Assembly: GCA_050184115.1 (NCBI GenBank)
Contig: JBFXAQ010000013.1
Coordinates: 44,674 to 108,673, forward strand
Direction: 5' to 3'
DNA from: Gammaproteobacteria bacterium
Lineage (GTDB): Bacteria; Pseudomonadota; Gammaproteobacteria; Ga0077536
DNA length: 64,000 nucleotides
This document shows positions 28,881 through 38,162 of this stretch, one piece after another. The notes beneath the pieces are model-generated. The model was not told the origin of the DNA and made no database searches. It was given only the letters and a program-made list of their open reading frames with translations. How positions within the stretch are numbered: position 1 is the first letter of the stretch; each line of letters begins with the position of its first letter. The position numbers were made by a program, and so were the translations under genes.

Positions 28881-30707
28881 ATGAGTCAGGTCAGAAGCGA
28901 AGCCGGGGCGGTCGACGCCCTCGATCCGTCGGTGCTGGGATTCGATCCGGCGGAGGTTCGCCGCAAGTACGCCGAGGAGCGCGAGAAGCGCCTGCGGCCG
29001 GACGCCGGCGACCAGTTCGTCGAGGTCGTCGGTGAGAACGCCCATTACGAGGACGATCCCTACGTCGAACCGGGTTTCACCCGCGCAGCCATCCACGAGG
29101 ACATCGACGTCGCCATCCTCGGCGGCGGTTTCGGCGGGCTGCTCGCCGCGGCACGGCTGAAGGAAGCCGGCGTGACGAACGTCCGCATCATCGAGAAGGC
29201 CGGCGACTTCGGCGGCACCTGGTACTGGAACCGCTACCCCGGCGCGCAATGCGACATCGAGTCCTACATCTACCTGCCGCTGCTCGACGAGACCGGCTAC
29301 GTGCCGAAGGAGAAGTATTCCTTCCAGCCGGAGATCTTCGAACATGCCCAGCGCGTCGGCCGGTTCTACGATCTCTACCCGCGCGCCTGCTTCCAGACCC
29401 AGGTGAAAGACGCCCGCTGGTCGGACGAGGACGGCCGCTGGACGGTGACGACGGATCGCGATGACGTCTTCCGCGCCCGCTTTCTCGTCATGTCGAGCGG
29501 GCCGCTCAACCGGCCGCGGCTGCCCGGCATTCCCGGGCTGAACACGTTCAAGGGCCATGCATTCCATACCAGCCGCTGGGACTACGACTACACAGGCGGC
29601 AGTTCGGACGGCGTCCTCGACAAGCTCGGCGACAAGCGCGTCGCCATCATCGGCACCGGCGCGACCGCGGTACAGGCGGTGCCGCGCGTGGCCAGGTCGG
29701 CGCAGAAGCTCTACGTGTTCCAACGCACGCCATCCTTTGTCGACGAGCGCTGGAACCGGCCGACCGACCCAGCGTGGGCGAAATCACTGAAACCCGGCTG
29801 GCAGGCCGAACGCAACGAGAATTTCTGCACGATCCTGGCCGGTCTGCCGGTCGACGAAGACATGGTCGCCGACAAGTGGACCGACTTCTTCCGCCTCACC
29901 TACGAGATTCTCGCCTCGCATATGGGCGAGGTGTCCGACGAGCGCATGAAGCTGATCTCCGAAGTGGCCGATTACAAGAAGGGCAACGACGTGCGCGATC
30001 GCGTTGCGCGCACGGTCAGCGATCCGCAAACGGCCGAAGCGCTCAAACCCTGGTTCGGCCAGTGGTGCAAGCGGCCGCTGTTCAACGACGAGTACCTGCC
30101 GTGCTTCAACCAGCCAAACGTCGAACTGGTCGACACCCATGGCCAGGGTGTCGAGCGCATCACCGAGAACGGCGTGGTGGTCGACGGCGTCGAGTACGAA
30201 GTCGACTGCATCGTTTTCGCCACCGGCTTCGAGGTCAGCACGGCCTACACGCGCCGTTCAGAGTGTGAGGTCTACGGCCGCGACGGCGTGACCCTGACCG
30301 ACTACTGGGCCGACGGCATGAAGACCTTCCATGGTTTCCTGAGCCAGGGCTTTCCGAACTGCTTCCACATGGGCCTCACCCAGACCGGGCTCGCCTTCAA
30401 CTTCACTTACTCGTTGGGCGGCCAGGCGCGCCACATCGCCTACCTCGTCAAGCAGGTCTTCGACCGCGATGCCAAGTCGATCGAACCGACCGCGAAGGCC
30501 GAGGCCGACTGGGTGAAGCTCGTCACCGGGCCGAGCCCGATGCGCGACTACCAGGCGACCTGCACGCCCGGTTACTACAACCAGGAGGGTAAGAACGAGG
30601 GCCAGGGCTTCCTCGACAACCTCTACCCGGAAGGCGCGGTGCCGTTCTTCAGGTTGTTGAAGGCGTGGCGCGAGCAGGGGACCCTCGACGGCATCGACCT
30701 GCGCTGA
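28881..30707 (+). CDS. Baeyer-Villiger monooxygenase with N-terminal extension (HAPMO/CPDMO-like type I BVMO)
   Basis: GGGFGG Rossmann. FKGHAFHTSRW fingerprint. GTGATA second site. Start at MSQVRSEAG after AAGGGGAGAA. Confidence 0.9.
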   Translation: MSQVRSEAGAVDALDPSVLGFDPAEVRRKYAEEREKRLRPDAGDQFVEVVGENAHYEDDPYVEPGFTRAAIHEDIDVAILGGGFGGLLAAARLKEAGVTNVRIIEKAGDFGGTWYWNRYPGAQCDIESYIYLPLLDETGYVPKEKYSFQPEIFEHAQRVGRFYDLYPRACFQTQVKDARWSDEDGRWTVTTDRDDVFRARFLVMSSGPLNRPRLPGIPGLNTFKGHAFHTSRWDYDYTGGSSDGVLDKLGDKRVAIIGTGATAVQAVPRVARSAQKLYVFQRTPSFVDERWNRPTDPAWAKSLKPGWQAERNENFCTILAGLPVDEDMVADKWTDFFRLTYEILASHMGEVSDERMKLISEVADYKKGNDVRDRVARTVSDPQTAEALKPWFGQWCKRPLFNDEYLPCFNQPNVELVDTHGQGVERITENGVVVDGVEYEVDCIVFATGFEVSTAYTRRSECEVYGRDGVTLTDYWADGMKTFHGFLSQGFPNCFHMGLTQTGLAFNFTYSLGGQARHIAYLVKQVFDRDAKSIEPTAKAEADWVKLVTGPSPMRDYQATCTPGYYNQEGKNEGQGFLDNLYPEGAVPFFRLLKAWREQGTLDGIDLR

Positions 30708-30804
30708 GACCGCGCGTGGTGCCGGGCCTGGCGTCCGGCACCGCCGTTCCCGATCGCGTTCGGTGACAGTTTCCTTTTTGCGGCCCTGATGTTCCTGCCT
30801 TTCC

Positions 30805-30861
30805 GGGACAGACCACGGTTTGCGGACCACGGCGAGGCAACGCAAACCGTGGTCCGTCCCC
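30805..30861. repeat. MITE/REP-like element, family A copy 1: GGGACAGACCACGGTTTGCG ... CGCAAACCGTGGTCCGTCCCC
   Basis: 20-bp terminal inverted repeats (1 mismatch) with a 16-bp spacer. Lies between the BVMO and the benE-like gene. Confidence 0.6.
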
Positions 30862-30905
30862 GAATGAGAAGCTGTCCGTCACCGATTCTCCGATAAGCTT
30901 CCCGC

Positions 30906-32132
30906 ATGAGCCTCGAACGTCCCTCGGCGCCGCCGCCGGGTCTCCATGACATCGTCGCCGCTGCCGATCGGCACATCCTCGCCAATGCCCTGGTCGGTTT
31001 CCTGTTCGCGGCGACGGGGCCACTGGCCATCCTCATCGCCATCGGTACCGGCGGGGGACTCACCAGCGACGACATCGCGAGCTGGGTGTTCGGCTCCTAT
31101 GGCCTCACCGGGGTCATCACCATCGCGCTGAGCTGGTTGTGGCGCATGCCGCTGCCCATCGCCTGGACCATTCCCGGTGCCGTCCTGCTGATCCCCGCCT
31201 TCGGTCACCTGGGCTTCGCCGAGATCGTTGGCGCCACCCTGGTCTCCGGCGTGTTGATGACGGTGCTGGGGATCACCGGCTGGGTCGGTTGGCTCATGGC
31301 GCGTATCCCGATGCCCGTCGTCATGGGCATGGTGGCCGGGGTGTTCCTGCCGTTCGGCCTCGGCATCATCAAGGCATTCGAGGCCGAACCCGTGGTCGCC
31401 ACGGTTACCACGGTGGTATTCGTCGCACTGGCACGGGTCGCGCGCCTCGGACGCATCGTCCCGCCCGTGCTCGGCGCGCTGGCGGCAGGGTTCGTGCTGA
31501 TCTGGGCGACCGGTCGCTTCGAGGTCGGCGCGCTGGCCGGGGAGGTGTTGGTGAGGCCGCACTTCTACACTCCCCAATTCACACTGGAAGCGCTGATCGA
31601 GCTGGTTGTGCCGCTCGCGCTCACCGTGATCACCATCCAGAACGCGCAGGGCATTTCGATCCTGCGCATGGCGGGCTTTCCGCCGCCCACCAACCTACTA
31701 ACCGTCGCGTGTGGCCTCGGTACGTTGGCCGTGGGTGTCGTCGGCTCGGTACCGGCCTGTGTCACCGGCCCCTCCAACGCGATGATCAACGCCTCCGGAG
31801 CGCGCGACGATCGCTACGTGGGCGGCATGGCCTTCGGTGCGCTCATGCTGATGCTGGGGCTGTTCTCGCCGCTCGCGATCAGCTTCGCCCTTGCCCTGCC
31901 CAAGGCCTTCGTCGCGCTGCTCGGTGGGCTCGCCATGCTCCGCGTACTCGAATCCGCCTTCCTCGCAGCCTTCGGCGGCGGCTTCAGCTTTGGCGCGCTG
32001 GTGGCCTTCCTGGTGACCGTGGCCGATATCACCCTCTTCAACGTCGGCGCCGCTTTCTGGGGCCTGGTGTTCGGGTTTGCCACGGCCTGGGTGTTCGAGC
32101 GCAAGGACTTCGCGGTACCACGTTCACCGTAG
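30906..32132 (+). CDS. BenE-family (benzoate/H+ symporter-like) membrane transporter
   Basis: About 12 TM segments and family-typical glycine-rich helices. 408 aa. Confidence 0.75.
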   Translation: MSLERPSAPPPGLHDIVAAADRHILANALVGFLFAATGPLAILIAIGTGGGLTSDDIASWVFGSYGLTGVITIALSWLWRMPLPIAWTIPGAVLLIPAFGHLGFAEIVGATLVSGVLMTVLGITGWVGWLMARIPMPVVMGMVAGVFLPFGLGIIKAFEAEPVVATVTTVVFVALARVARLGRIVPPVLGALAAGFVLIWATGRFEVGALAGEVLVRPHFYTPQFTLEALIELVVPLALTVITIQNAQGISILRMAGFPPPTNLLTVACGLGTLAVGVVGSVPACVTGPSNAMINASGARDDRYVGGMAFGALMLMLGLFSPLAISFALALPKAFVALLGGLAMLRVLESAFLAAFGGGFSFGALVAFLVTVADITLFNVGAAFWGLVFGFATAWVFERKDFAVPRSP

Positions 32133-32143
32133 CCCCGTTCAAC

Positions 32144-33469
32144 TCATGCCATGTGAACCTGGCACCTCGAACCACGATGCCGGCCTCGAGCCAGCCTGCT
32201 CACCGGCCACATCGCCGACCCGAGCAGTGCCAGCGAAGGTGGTATGGGAACGGGTTCTGCCGTGACGGCCAGGATGCCACTGGTTGCAGTTGTCGTGAAA
32301 TCGAAATGCAGGCCCGCAATATCAGGAAACTGGATGGTGTCGAAAGCGCCCGTGATGGCTTGGGCCAACAGTATCGTGAAGACGTCGCCGGGAGCGGGCG
32401 TGTAGCCGTGGAGAAGAGAAACATCGAGAGTGCCATCGAGATTCAGGACATTCTCGACGTCGAGCACCGTGAACTCCCCGTCGTCTGCGCCGCTCAACCC
32501 GATGCGCACGGTGGCGGTCTCCAGAATGTCGAGATCTCCGGCGACATCGAACCCGCCGGTGTAATAGGTCGAGTCGCCAACCTGGAACTCTCCTGCCACG
32601 GTCACGTGACCGACCGCCGTTGCCGAGTCTCCGTGCAGGCGTGCGAACCGGTCGACGAAGATCTCGTCCGCAAGCAATTGGGCGCCGGGGCCAAGGTAGA
32701 TATTGTGAAACGCGAAGTCGTCCAGGGGTTGGTTGGACTCGAATCGAAACAGCGTTCCCGCGTCGAGTAATGAGGCGGGCTCGGTGACACGGATTTCGAC
32801 GAAGCGATCCGCGTCCGCGTTGACGACCAAGGCCGGGACGCTCATCTGTCCACCGTAGCTGATCGAAAGCGAATCGTTGCTCAGGTTGAATTGCCCGGAG
32901 CCACTGAACTGACCGTCATAGTCGATGTTCAGGAAAAGGCTGCTATCCATCGAGCCGTCGTTGACGATCGTGCCGTAGGTCAGACGGATAGCCGAGTCGT
33001 TGTCGATCGTTCCGCTGTTGGTGAGTGCGCGGTCGCCGGAAATTAGGACGTATCCCGGTGGGTGAAAGATCAACTCGCCGGCGTTCTCCAGGTGGCCGGA
33101 GTCGATCACGACGTTTCCGTAGTTGTCGACCAAACCATGATTTACCAGGGTTTGCCCAGACCGGATCTTGATGGCACCGTGATTGGTCAACGTACCTTGG
33201 TTGATGACGCGCCCGTTCCGTATCGTGAGCTCGCCGTGAGTATTGATTCCGTCATTGAGGATGGTGACGGTGTCGGCGGCCGAAATCGTCCAGTTGGTGT
33301 CGATGAAAGTCGGTTGATCGATGACGAAGTCCGTCGCGATGGCGGTATGCGTTACAAGCAGCGCAACGCTCGTGACGGCGGATGGCCACCACGCCGGGCG
33401 CTCGTGTCGGCGCGGCCTAGCAGTATCGCGAAGAGCTTTGGACGACGTAATGCCGGTCCGCTGGCGCAT
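32144..33469 (-). CDS. Secreted repeat protein with a PEP-CTERM sorting signal
   Basis: N-terminal signal. Body of degenerate beta-helix-like repeats (INTHGEL / INQGTL / VNHGLV / IDNDSA ...). C-terminus ...TAEPVPIPPSLALLGSAMWPVSRLARGRHRG = P-x-P, hydrophobic helix, Arg-rich tail, a divergent VPIP variant of the PEP motif. Confidence 0.55.
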   Translation of the reverse strand: MRQRTGITSSKALRDTARPRRHERPAWWPSAVTSVALLVTHTAIATDFVIDQPTFIDTNWTISAADTVTILNDGINTHGELTIRNGRVINQGTLTNHGAIKIRSGQTLVNHGLVDNYGNVVIDSGHLENAGELIFHPPGYVLISGDRALTNSGTIDNDSAIRLTYGTIVNDGSMDSSLFLNIDYDGQFSGSGQFNLSNDSLSISYGGQMSVPALVVNADADRFVEIRVTEPASLLDAGTLFRFESNQPLDDFAFHNIYLGPGAQLLADEIFVDRFARLHGDSATAVGHVTVAGEFQVGDSTYYTGGFDVAGDLDILETATVRIGLSGADDGEFTVLDVENVLNLDGTLDVSLLHGYTPAPGDVFTILLAQAITGAFDTIQFPDIAGLHFDFTTTATSGILAVTAEPVPIPPSLALLGSAMWPVSRLARGRHRGSRCQVHMA

Positions 33470-33629
33470 CGGTCATTCCACGAATGTGAGGCGGGGCACC
33501 AATCGTATACCGGCGATCGCGCCAGTGGGAATCCGTGTGCGCCGTCGAAACAGCGTATGACCGCAGACTAACAGCCGCTATTCGAGCGGGAGGGGCTGCC
33601 AGGCGGCCGGGTCCGTTTGCGCAATTTGA

Positions 33630-33750
33630 GGACAGACCACGGTTTGCGTAGCAGCGGCATAGCCGGCGAACGAGGGGGGGAGGCCGCTTTACTGAACCGT
33701 CGGCTGGCAAACGGATGAGCCGGCGTGTCGCTAAATCGTGGTCTGTCCCC
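33630..33750. repeat. MITE/REP-like element, family A copy 2: GGACAGACCACGGTTTGCG ... GCTAAATCGTGGTCTGTCCCC
   Basis: 19-21-bp terminal inverted repeats flanking about 80 bp. Lies between the PEP-CTERM gene start and the cupin gene end. Confidence 0.6.
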
Positions 33751-33768
33751 GAATAAATTCCGCAGGCG

Positions 33769-34254
33769 CTATTTCTCGAGGTACTGATCGAACGCCGCGT
33801 CGAAATGACTGCCGTCACCGAGCGGCTGCGCGCGTATGACCACTCCCAGCATGACGGCCGGTTCGTCGCCGATGGCCGACCAGCTGTGCATGACGCCGCG
33901 ATCGACAACGACGTCGCCGGCAGCGAGCTCGACCTCGCCTGCTTCGAGCGCGAGCCGCACCCGACCGGTCAGCACGACCACGTAGTCGAGCGTATCGGTC
34001 TGGTGCCAGGCCGGCGGCGTACCGGGTTGCTGCGTGAACAGCACGCAGAAACTCGACTTCTTGAAGGTGTCGAGGGTGAGGGGCGTGGCGGCTTCGGCAT
34101 TGCCGGCGTTGCTGGGCGGATAGTCGTCGCTCTGCCAGACGATCGCGGGATCGCCGCCACAGGCTGCGATCTGCTCGAGCGCGGCATCGGAAATCACGCA
34201 CGATTTCCCGTTGTCGTCGAGGCCGGTGACTACCCGGCGATTCTTGAAGGTCAT
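33769..34254 (-). CDS. Cupin-domain protein
   Basis: Conserved cupin barrel region (WHQTDTLDYVVVLTGRVRLALEAGEVELAAGDVVVDRGVMHSW). Start at MTFKNRRVV with a GGAGA RBS. Confidence 0.65.
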   Translation of the reverse strand: MTFKNRRVVTGLDDNGKSCVISDAALEQIAACGGDPAIVWQSDDYPPSNAGNAEAATPLTLDTFKKSSFCVLFTQQPGTPPAWHQTDTLDYVVVLTGRVRLALEAGEVELAAGDVVVDRGVMHSWSAIGDEPAVMLGVVIRAQPLGDGSHFDAAFDQYLEK

Positions 34255-34303
34255 GGGCTCATCTCCACTTGCCAATCGAGTCGGCGATACCGACGGGGAA
34301 TCC

Positions 34304-34387
34304 GCGGGAATCCGGGGACAGACCACGATTTATCCGGCCCAGGATTGACCCGGCCGGGGCCGGTGGAATCCGGGGACGAATATCGTG
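34304..34387. repeat. MITE/REP-like element, family A copy 3: GGGGACAGACCACGATTTAT ... GAATATCGTGGTCTGTCCCC
   Basis: 20-bp terminal inverted repeats (2 mismatches) flanking 44 bp. Lies inside the operon between the SDR and cupin genes. Confidence 0.6.
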
Positions 34388-34438
34388 GTCTGTCCCCGAT
34401 TAAAAGACGGGCGGACGTCGGACGCGACTGCGAACTGC

Positions 34439-35242
34439 TCAGGTATCCAACTCGATCGTCGCCAGATCGACCGCGCTGCCGCCGCCGTCGACGACCATCG
34501 TGTGGCCGGTCACCATGGCGGCATCGCTGGACGCCAGGAAGGCGCACACGGCGGCGATCTCTTCGGGCTGCGAGATGCGTCGCAGCGGGATGTGGCGGGT
34601 CGAGCGGGCCAGGGCTTCCTCGACGGTGATGCCGTCGCGCTGGGCGAGGTAGGCGATGGTGCCGTCGGCGAGCGCGGTCTTGGTCCAACCCGGGCACAGC
34701 GCATTCACGCGCACACCTTGTGGGCCGAACTCGCGCGCCAGCCAGCGCGCGAGCCCGACGATGCCGTGCTTGGCCGCGGTATAGCCGAGGCCGCCGACCG
34801 GGCCGGCGAAGAGCCCGGCGGTGGAGGCGATCAGCACCGCCGAGCCCTTGCGCTCGACCAGGTGCGGCATGGCCTCGCTGACCAGGTAGTAGGGGCCACT
34901 CAGGTTCACGTCCAGCCCGCGCAGCCACTTCTTGTCGCCGCGCGCGGTGGGTACGTCGCCGGTCACCGCGCCCTGGGTGGCGATGACGGCGTCGAGGCCG
35001 CCGTAGGTCGCGACGGTCTTGGTCACCACTTCGTTGAGCGCTTCGCGCGAAGTGCCGTCGGCGGGCAGCGCGAGGGCGCCGATGTCGTCAGCGAGCGCCG
35101 TGAGTGCCTCGGCGTTGATGTCGGTCACGGCGAGCTTGACGCCTTCGGCGGCGAAGCGGCGCGCGGTGGCCGAGCCGATGCCGCCAGCGGCGCCGCTGAC
35201 CAGGGCGACCGCGGGCATGGTGCGGCGATAGGGGTCGTTCAT
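34439..35242 (-). CDS. SDR-family oxidoreductase
   Basis: GAAGGIG, NAL, and catalytic S..Y...K (YTAAKHG). Confidence 0.85.
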   Translation of the reverse strand: MNDPYRRTMPAVALVSGAAGGIGSATARRFAAEGVKLAVTDINAEALTALADDIGALALPADGTSREALNEVVTKTVATYGGLDAVIATQGAVTGDVPTARGDKKWLRGLDVNLSGPYYLVSEAMPHLVERKGSAVLIASTAGLFAGPVGGLGYTAAKHGIVGLARWLAREFGPQGVRVNALCPGWTKTALADGTIAYLAQRDGITVEEALARSTRHIPLRRISQPEEIAAVCAFLASSDAAMVTGHTMVVDGGGSAVDLATIELDT

Positions 35243-35279
35243 GGGTTCTGCTCCAGGTGGGGCGGCGTACCGTCGGGCA

Positions 35280-35603
35280 TCAGCTCACGCGTTCGGTGAT
35301 GGCGGTGAACATCTGCATCGAGATGCTGGCGCGATCGAGGGTGTCGCTCATGTGCAGATGCGGCAGGGCGGCCTTGAGGGCGTCGAGTGCCGCGGCCGGA
35401 TCGCCTTCCACCTCGTACAGGGCGAGGTAGCCGTGCGCACCCGCGCCGCCCATCTGCGCCGGCGCGAGCGCGAAGCGTTGCGCGGCGACGAAGCCCGGCA
35501 CCGCGACGACTTCCTGGATGTGCACGTTCGAGTACCAATCGTTGAAGGCCTCTTCCTGGCCGGGGACCGGGTTCGTCAGCACCATCAATACACTCTTGCT
35601 CAT
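35280..35603 (-). CDS. EthD-family small protein (dimeric alpha+beta barrel)
   Basis: 107 aa. N-terminal MSKSVLMVLTNPVPGQEEAFNDWYSNVHIQEVVAVPGFVAAQRF matches the EthD pattern (EEF..W...H......PG...RF). RBS AGGAGA. The track ORF extends upstream without support. Confidence 0.5.
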   Translation of the reverse strand: MSKSVLMVLTNPVPGQEEAFNDWYSNVHIQEVVAVPGFVAAQRFALAPAQMGGAGAHGYLALYEVEGDPAAALDALKAALPHLHMSDTLDRASISMQMFTAITERVS

Positions 35604-35652
35604 GGATGTCTCCTGCAGGCGGTCAGGGTGTTCGGTTGCGTGTTCGACGACG

Positions 35653-36897
35653 CTAGATGACCTTGGCTGCGCGTAACTCGGCGAGCTCGTCGACGTCGAG
35701 GCCGAGCAGGCCGCCGTAGACGGCGCCATTGGCCGAGCCGAGCACGGGCGCAGGTTCGTCGAACTGGGCATGGCAGGCGGAGAAGTGGATCGGCAGGCCC
35801 ATGCCGGCAGCGCCCATCGCGCCGTGCGTCGGGTGTTCGAGATCGACCACCGCGCCGCGTGCGCGCAGCTGCGGGTCGTGCAGCACCTCGTCGGGGGTGC
35901 GCACCGGGGCACAGGGGATGCGACGCTTGTCCTGGAGCTCGGCCAGGATCTCGGCATTGGTGTGCGTGCGCGTCCAGGCCTCGACGATGGCATTCAATTC
36001 GGCGGCATGTTTCATGCGCGGCCCGCGGGTGGCGAAGCGCGGGTCCGCGGCCAGTTCGCTGCGACCGAGCACGTCGAGCAGGCCGGCGAACCACTCGGCG
36101 GTCATGGCCGCGATGGCGACGTAGCCGTCCTTGCTCGGATAGACCCCGAACGGCACCAGGCGGTCGTGGTAGTTGCCCGAGCGCCGCGCGTAGCCCGCTT
36201 GCTCGAAGACGTCGAAGTGCTCCTCGGCGAGCAGCGAGGCGAGACAGTCGAGCATCGAAACCTCGACATACTGGCCTTCGCCGGTGCGGCCACGGTGGAT
36301 CAGCGCGGCGAGGATGCCGTTGACGGCGAACAGCGGCGCGATGAGATCGGCGAATGGTACACCGCAGCGGGTCGGCGGGCCGTCGGCGAAACCGGTCACC
36401 TCCATCAGGCCGCTCAAGGCCTGCACGATGATGTCCATGCCCTTCAGGCCCGGTACCACGCTGGGATCGCCGAAAGCGCTGATCGAGGCATAGACGATGC
36501 GCGGGTTGTGTGCCTTGAGCGCTTCGTAACCGACGCCGAGGCGCTTCGCCGTGCCCTCGCTCATGTTCTCGACCACGACGTCGACTTCCTGCGCCAGCCG
36601 GTAGAGCAGTTCGCGGCCGCGCTCGCTCTTGAGATCGAGCGTGATGCTCTGCTTGTTGCGCGAGCGGTTGAGGTAGGAGATGGAGACGTCGTCGGCTTCC
36701 GCCACGCCGAAGTGGATGCCGTCGGCGCCGACGAAGGGCGGGTTGGTGCGCGCGATGTCGCTGCCACCCGGCGCCTCGACGCGGATGACCTCGGCACCCA
36801 GGCCGCCGAGCAGCATGGTGCCGTAGGGACCGGCCAGCGCCACGGTGAGATCGAGGACGCGGATGCCGGCAAGGGGGCGGGCGAGGGCGGGGATCAT
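35653..36897 (-). CDS. Family III CoA-transferase (CaiB/BaiF family; itaconate/succinyl-CoA transferase-like)
   Basis: LAGIRVLDLTVALAGPYGTMLLGGLGAEVIRVE N-terminus and full-length family collinearity. Confidence 0.9.
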   Translation of the reverse strand: MIPALARPLAGIRVLDLTVALAGPYGTMLLGGLGAEVIRVEAPGGSDIARTNPPFVGADGIHFGVAEADDVSISYLNRSRNKQSITLDLKSERGRELLYRLAQEVDVVVENMSEGTAKRLGVGYEALKAHNPRIVYASISAFGDPSVVPGLKGMDIIVQALSGLMEVTGFADGPPTRCGVPFADLIAPLFAVNGILAALIHRGRTGEGQYVEVSMLDCLASLLAEEHFDVFEQAGYARRSGNYHDRLVPFGVYPSKDGYVAIAAMTAEWFAGLLDVLGRSELAADPRFATRGPRMKHAAELNAIVEAWTRTHTNAEILAELQDKRRIPCAPVRTPDEVLHDPQLRARGAVVDLEHPTHGAMGAAGMGLPIHFSACHAQFDEPAPVLGSANGAVYGGLLGLDVDELAELRAAKVI

Positions 36898-36930
36898 GCG
36901 GATTGCTCCCGTGCTGGCACTGGCCTGGCG

Positions 36931-38121
36931 TCAGTAGGACTTCGGCAGGCCCAGCACCTTGTTCGAAATGAAGTTCAGCACCATCTCCTGCGACACCGGC
37001 GCCAAGCGGAGCAGGCGCACTTCGCGCCACAGGCGCTCGATGTGGTACTCCTTGGCGTAAGCGTAACCGCCATGCGTCTGCATGGCCTGGTCGCAGGCCT
37101 GGAAGCCGGCATCGGCGCCGAGGAACTTGGCAGCGTTCGATTCGGGTCCGCACGGCTTGCGCGCATCGTAGAGTTCCGCCGCGCGCATGGCGATGGCCTC
37201 GGCCGCCTCGAGCCGGATCCAGCGCTCGGCGAGCGGGTGGGCGACGGCCTGGTTCTTGCCGATGGGGCGATCGAAGACGATGCGCGAGTTGGCGTACTCG
37301 CAGGCGAGATCGAGCGCCGCGCGGCCGATACCGGTGCCTTCCACGCCGACCACGATGCGCTCGGGATTCAAGCCGTCGATGAGGTACTCGAAACCCTTGC
37401 CGACCTCGCCGACGACGTCCTCGTGGGCGACTTCGAGGCCGTCGATGAAGACCTCGTTGGAATCGACCGGCGCGCGGCCGAGCTTGTCGATCACGCGCAC
37501 GTCGCAGGCCTTGCGGTCGAGGTCGGCGACGAACAGCGTCATGCCGTCGAACGGGCGCTTCTCGTCGCGCGGCGAGGTGCGGGCGAGGAGCAGGATCTTG
37601 TTGGCGTTCTGCGCGTTGGTGGTCCACACCTTCTGGCCGTTGATGATCCAGCGATCACCCTTGCGTTCGGCGCGGGTGGTGATGCGCGAGGTGTCGACCC
37701 CGGCGGTCGGCTCGGTGACGCCGAAAGCCAGCAGCAGCTTGCCCTGCGCCATGCGCGGCAGGATGCGCGCTTTGAGGTCGGCCGAGCCGTGGCGCAGGAT
37801 GGGCTGCGGCGGAAAGACGTAGAAATGCACCGCCGAGGCGCCGCTCATGCCGGCGCCGGAACGCGCGATCTCGTGCAGCATGATGGCCGCTTCGGTCACG
37901 CCGAGATCCATGCCGCCGTATTCCTCCGGCAGCAGGATGCCGAGCCAGCCGCCGTCGGCGAAGGCGTTGACGAAGTCCCAGGGGTATTTCTCGGCCTTGT
38001 CGCACTCGCGCCAGTAGCTCAAGGGAAAGCTGCGCGCGAGCTTGGCCGCGGCTTCGCGGATTTCGTTCAACTCGGCGGCGCGCGCCTCGGCGGCGCGGGC
38101 GTAGTCGGTGGCGGTCGTCAT
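36931..38121 (-). CDS. Acyl-CoA dehydrogenase
   Basis: ACAD motifs (FGVTEPTAGVD, INGQKVWTTN, catalytic Glu region YAKEYHIERLWRE). Start at MTTATDYARA. The track ORF runs 330 codons further upstream, which is unsupported. Confidence 0.9.
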   Translation of the reverse strand: MTTATDYARAAEARAAELNEIREAAAKLARSFPLSYWRECDKAEKYPWDFVNAFADGGWLGILLPEEYGGMDLGVTEAAIMLHEIARSGAGMSGASAVHFYVFPPQPILRHGSADLKARILPRMAQGKLLLAFGVTEPTAGVDTSRITTRAERKGDRWIINGQKVWTTNAQNANKILLLARTSPRDEKRPFDGMTLFVADLDRKACDVRVIDKLGRAPVDSNEVFIDGLEVAHEDVVGEVGKGFEYLIDGLNPERIVVGVEGTGIGRAALDLACEYANSRIVFDRPIGKNQAVAHPLAERWIRLEAAEAIAMRAAELYDARKPCGPESNAAKFLGADAGFQACDQAMQTHGGYAYAKEYHIERLWREVRLLRLAPVSQEMVLNFISNKVLGLPKSY

Positions 38122-38162
38122 GGTGTGGCTCCGGGTTCGATTGCTGTCTGGGTGCGCATGAC

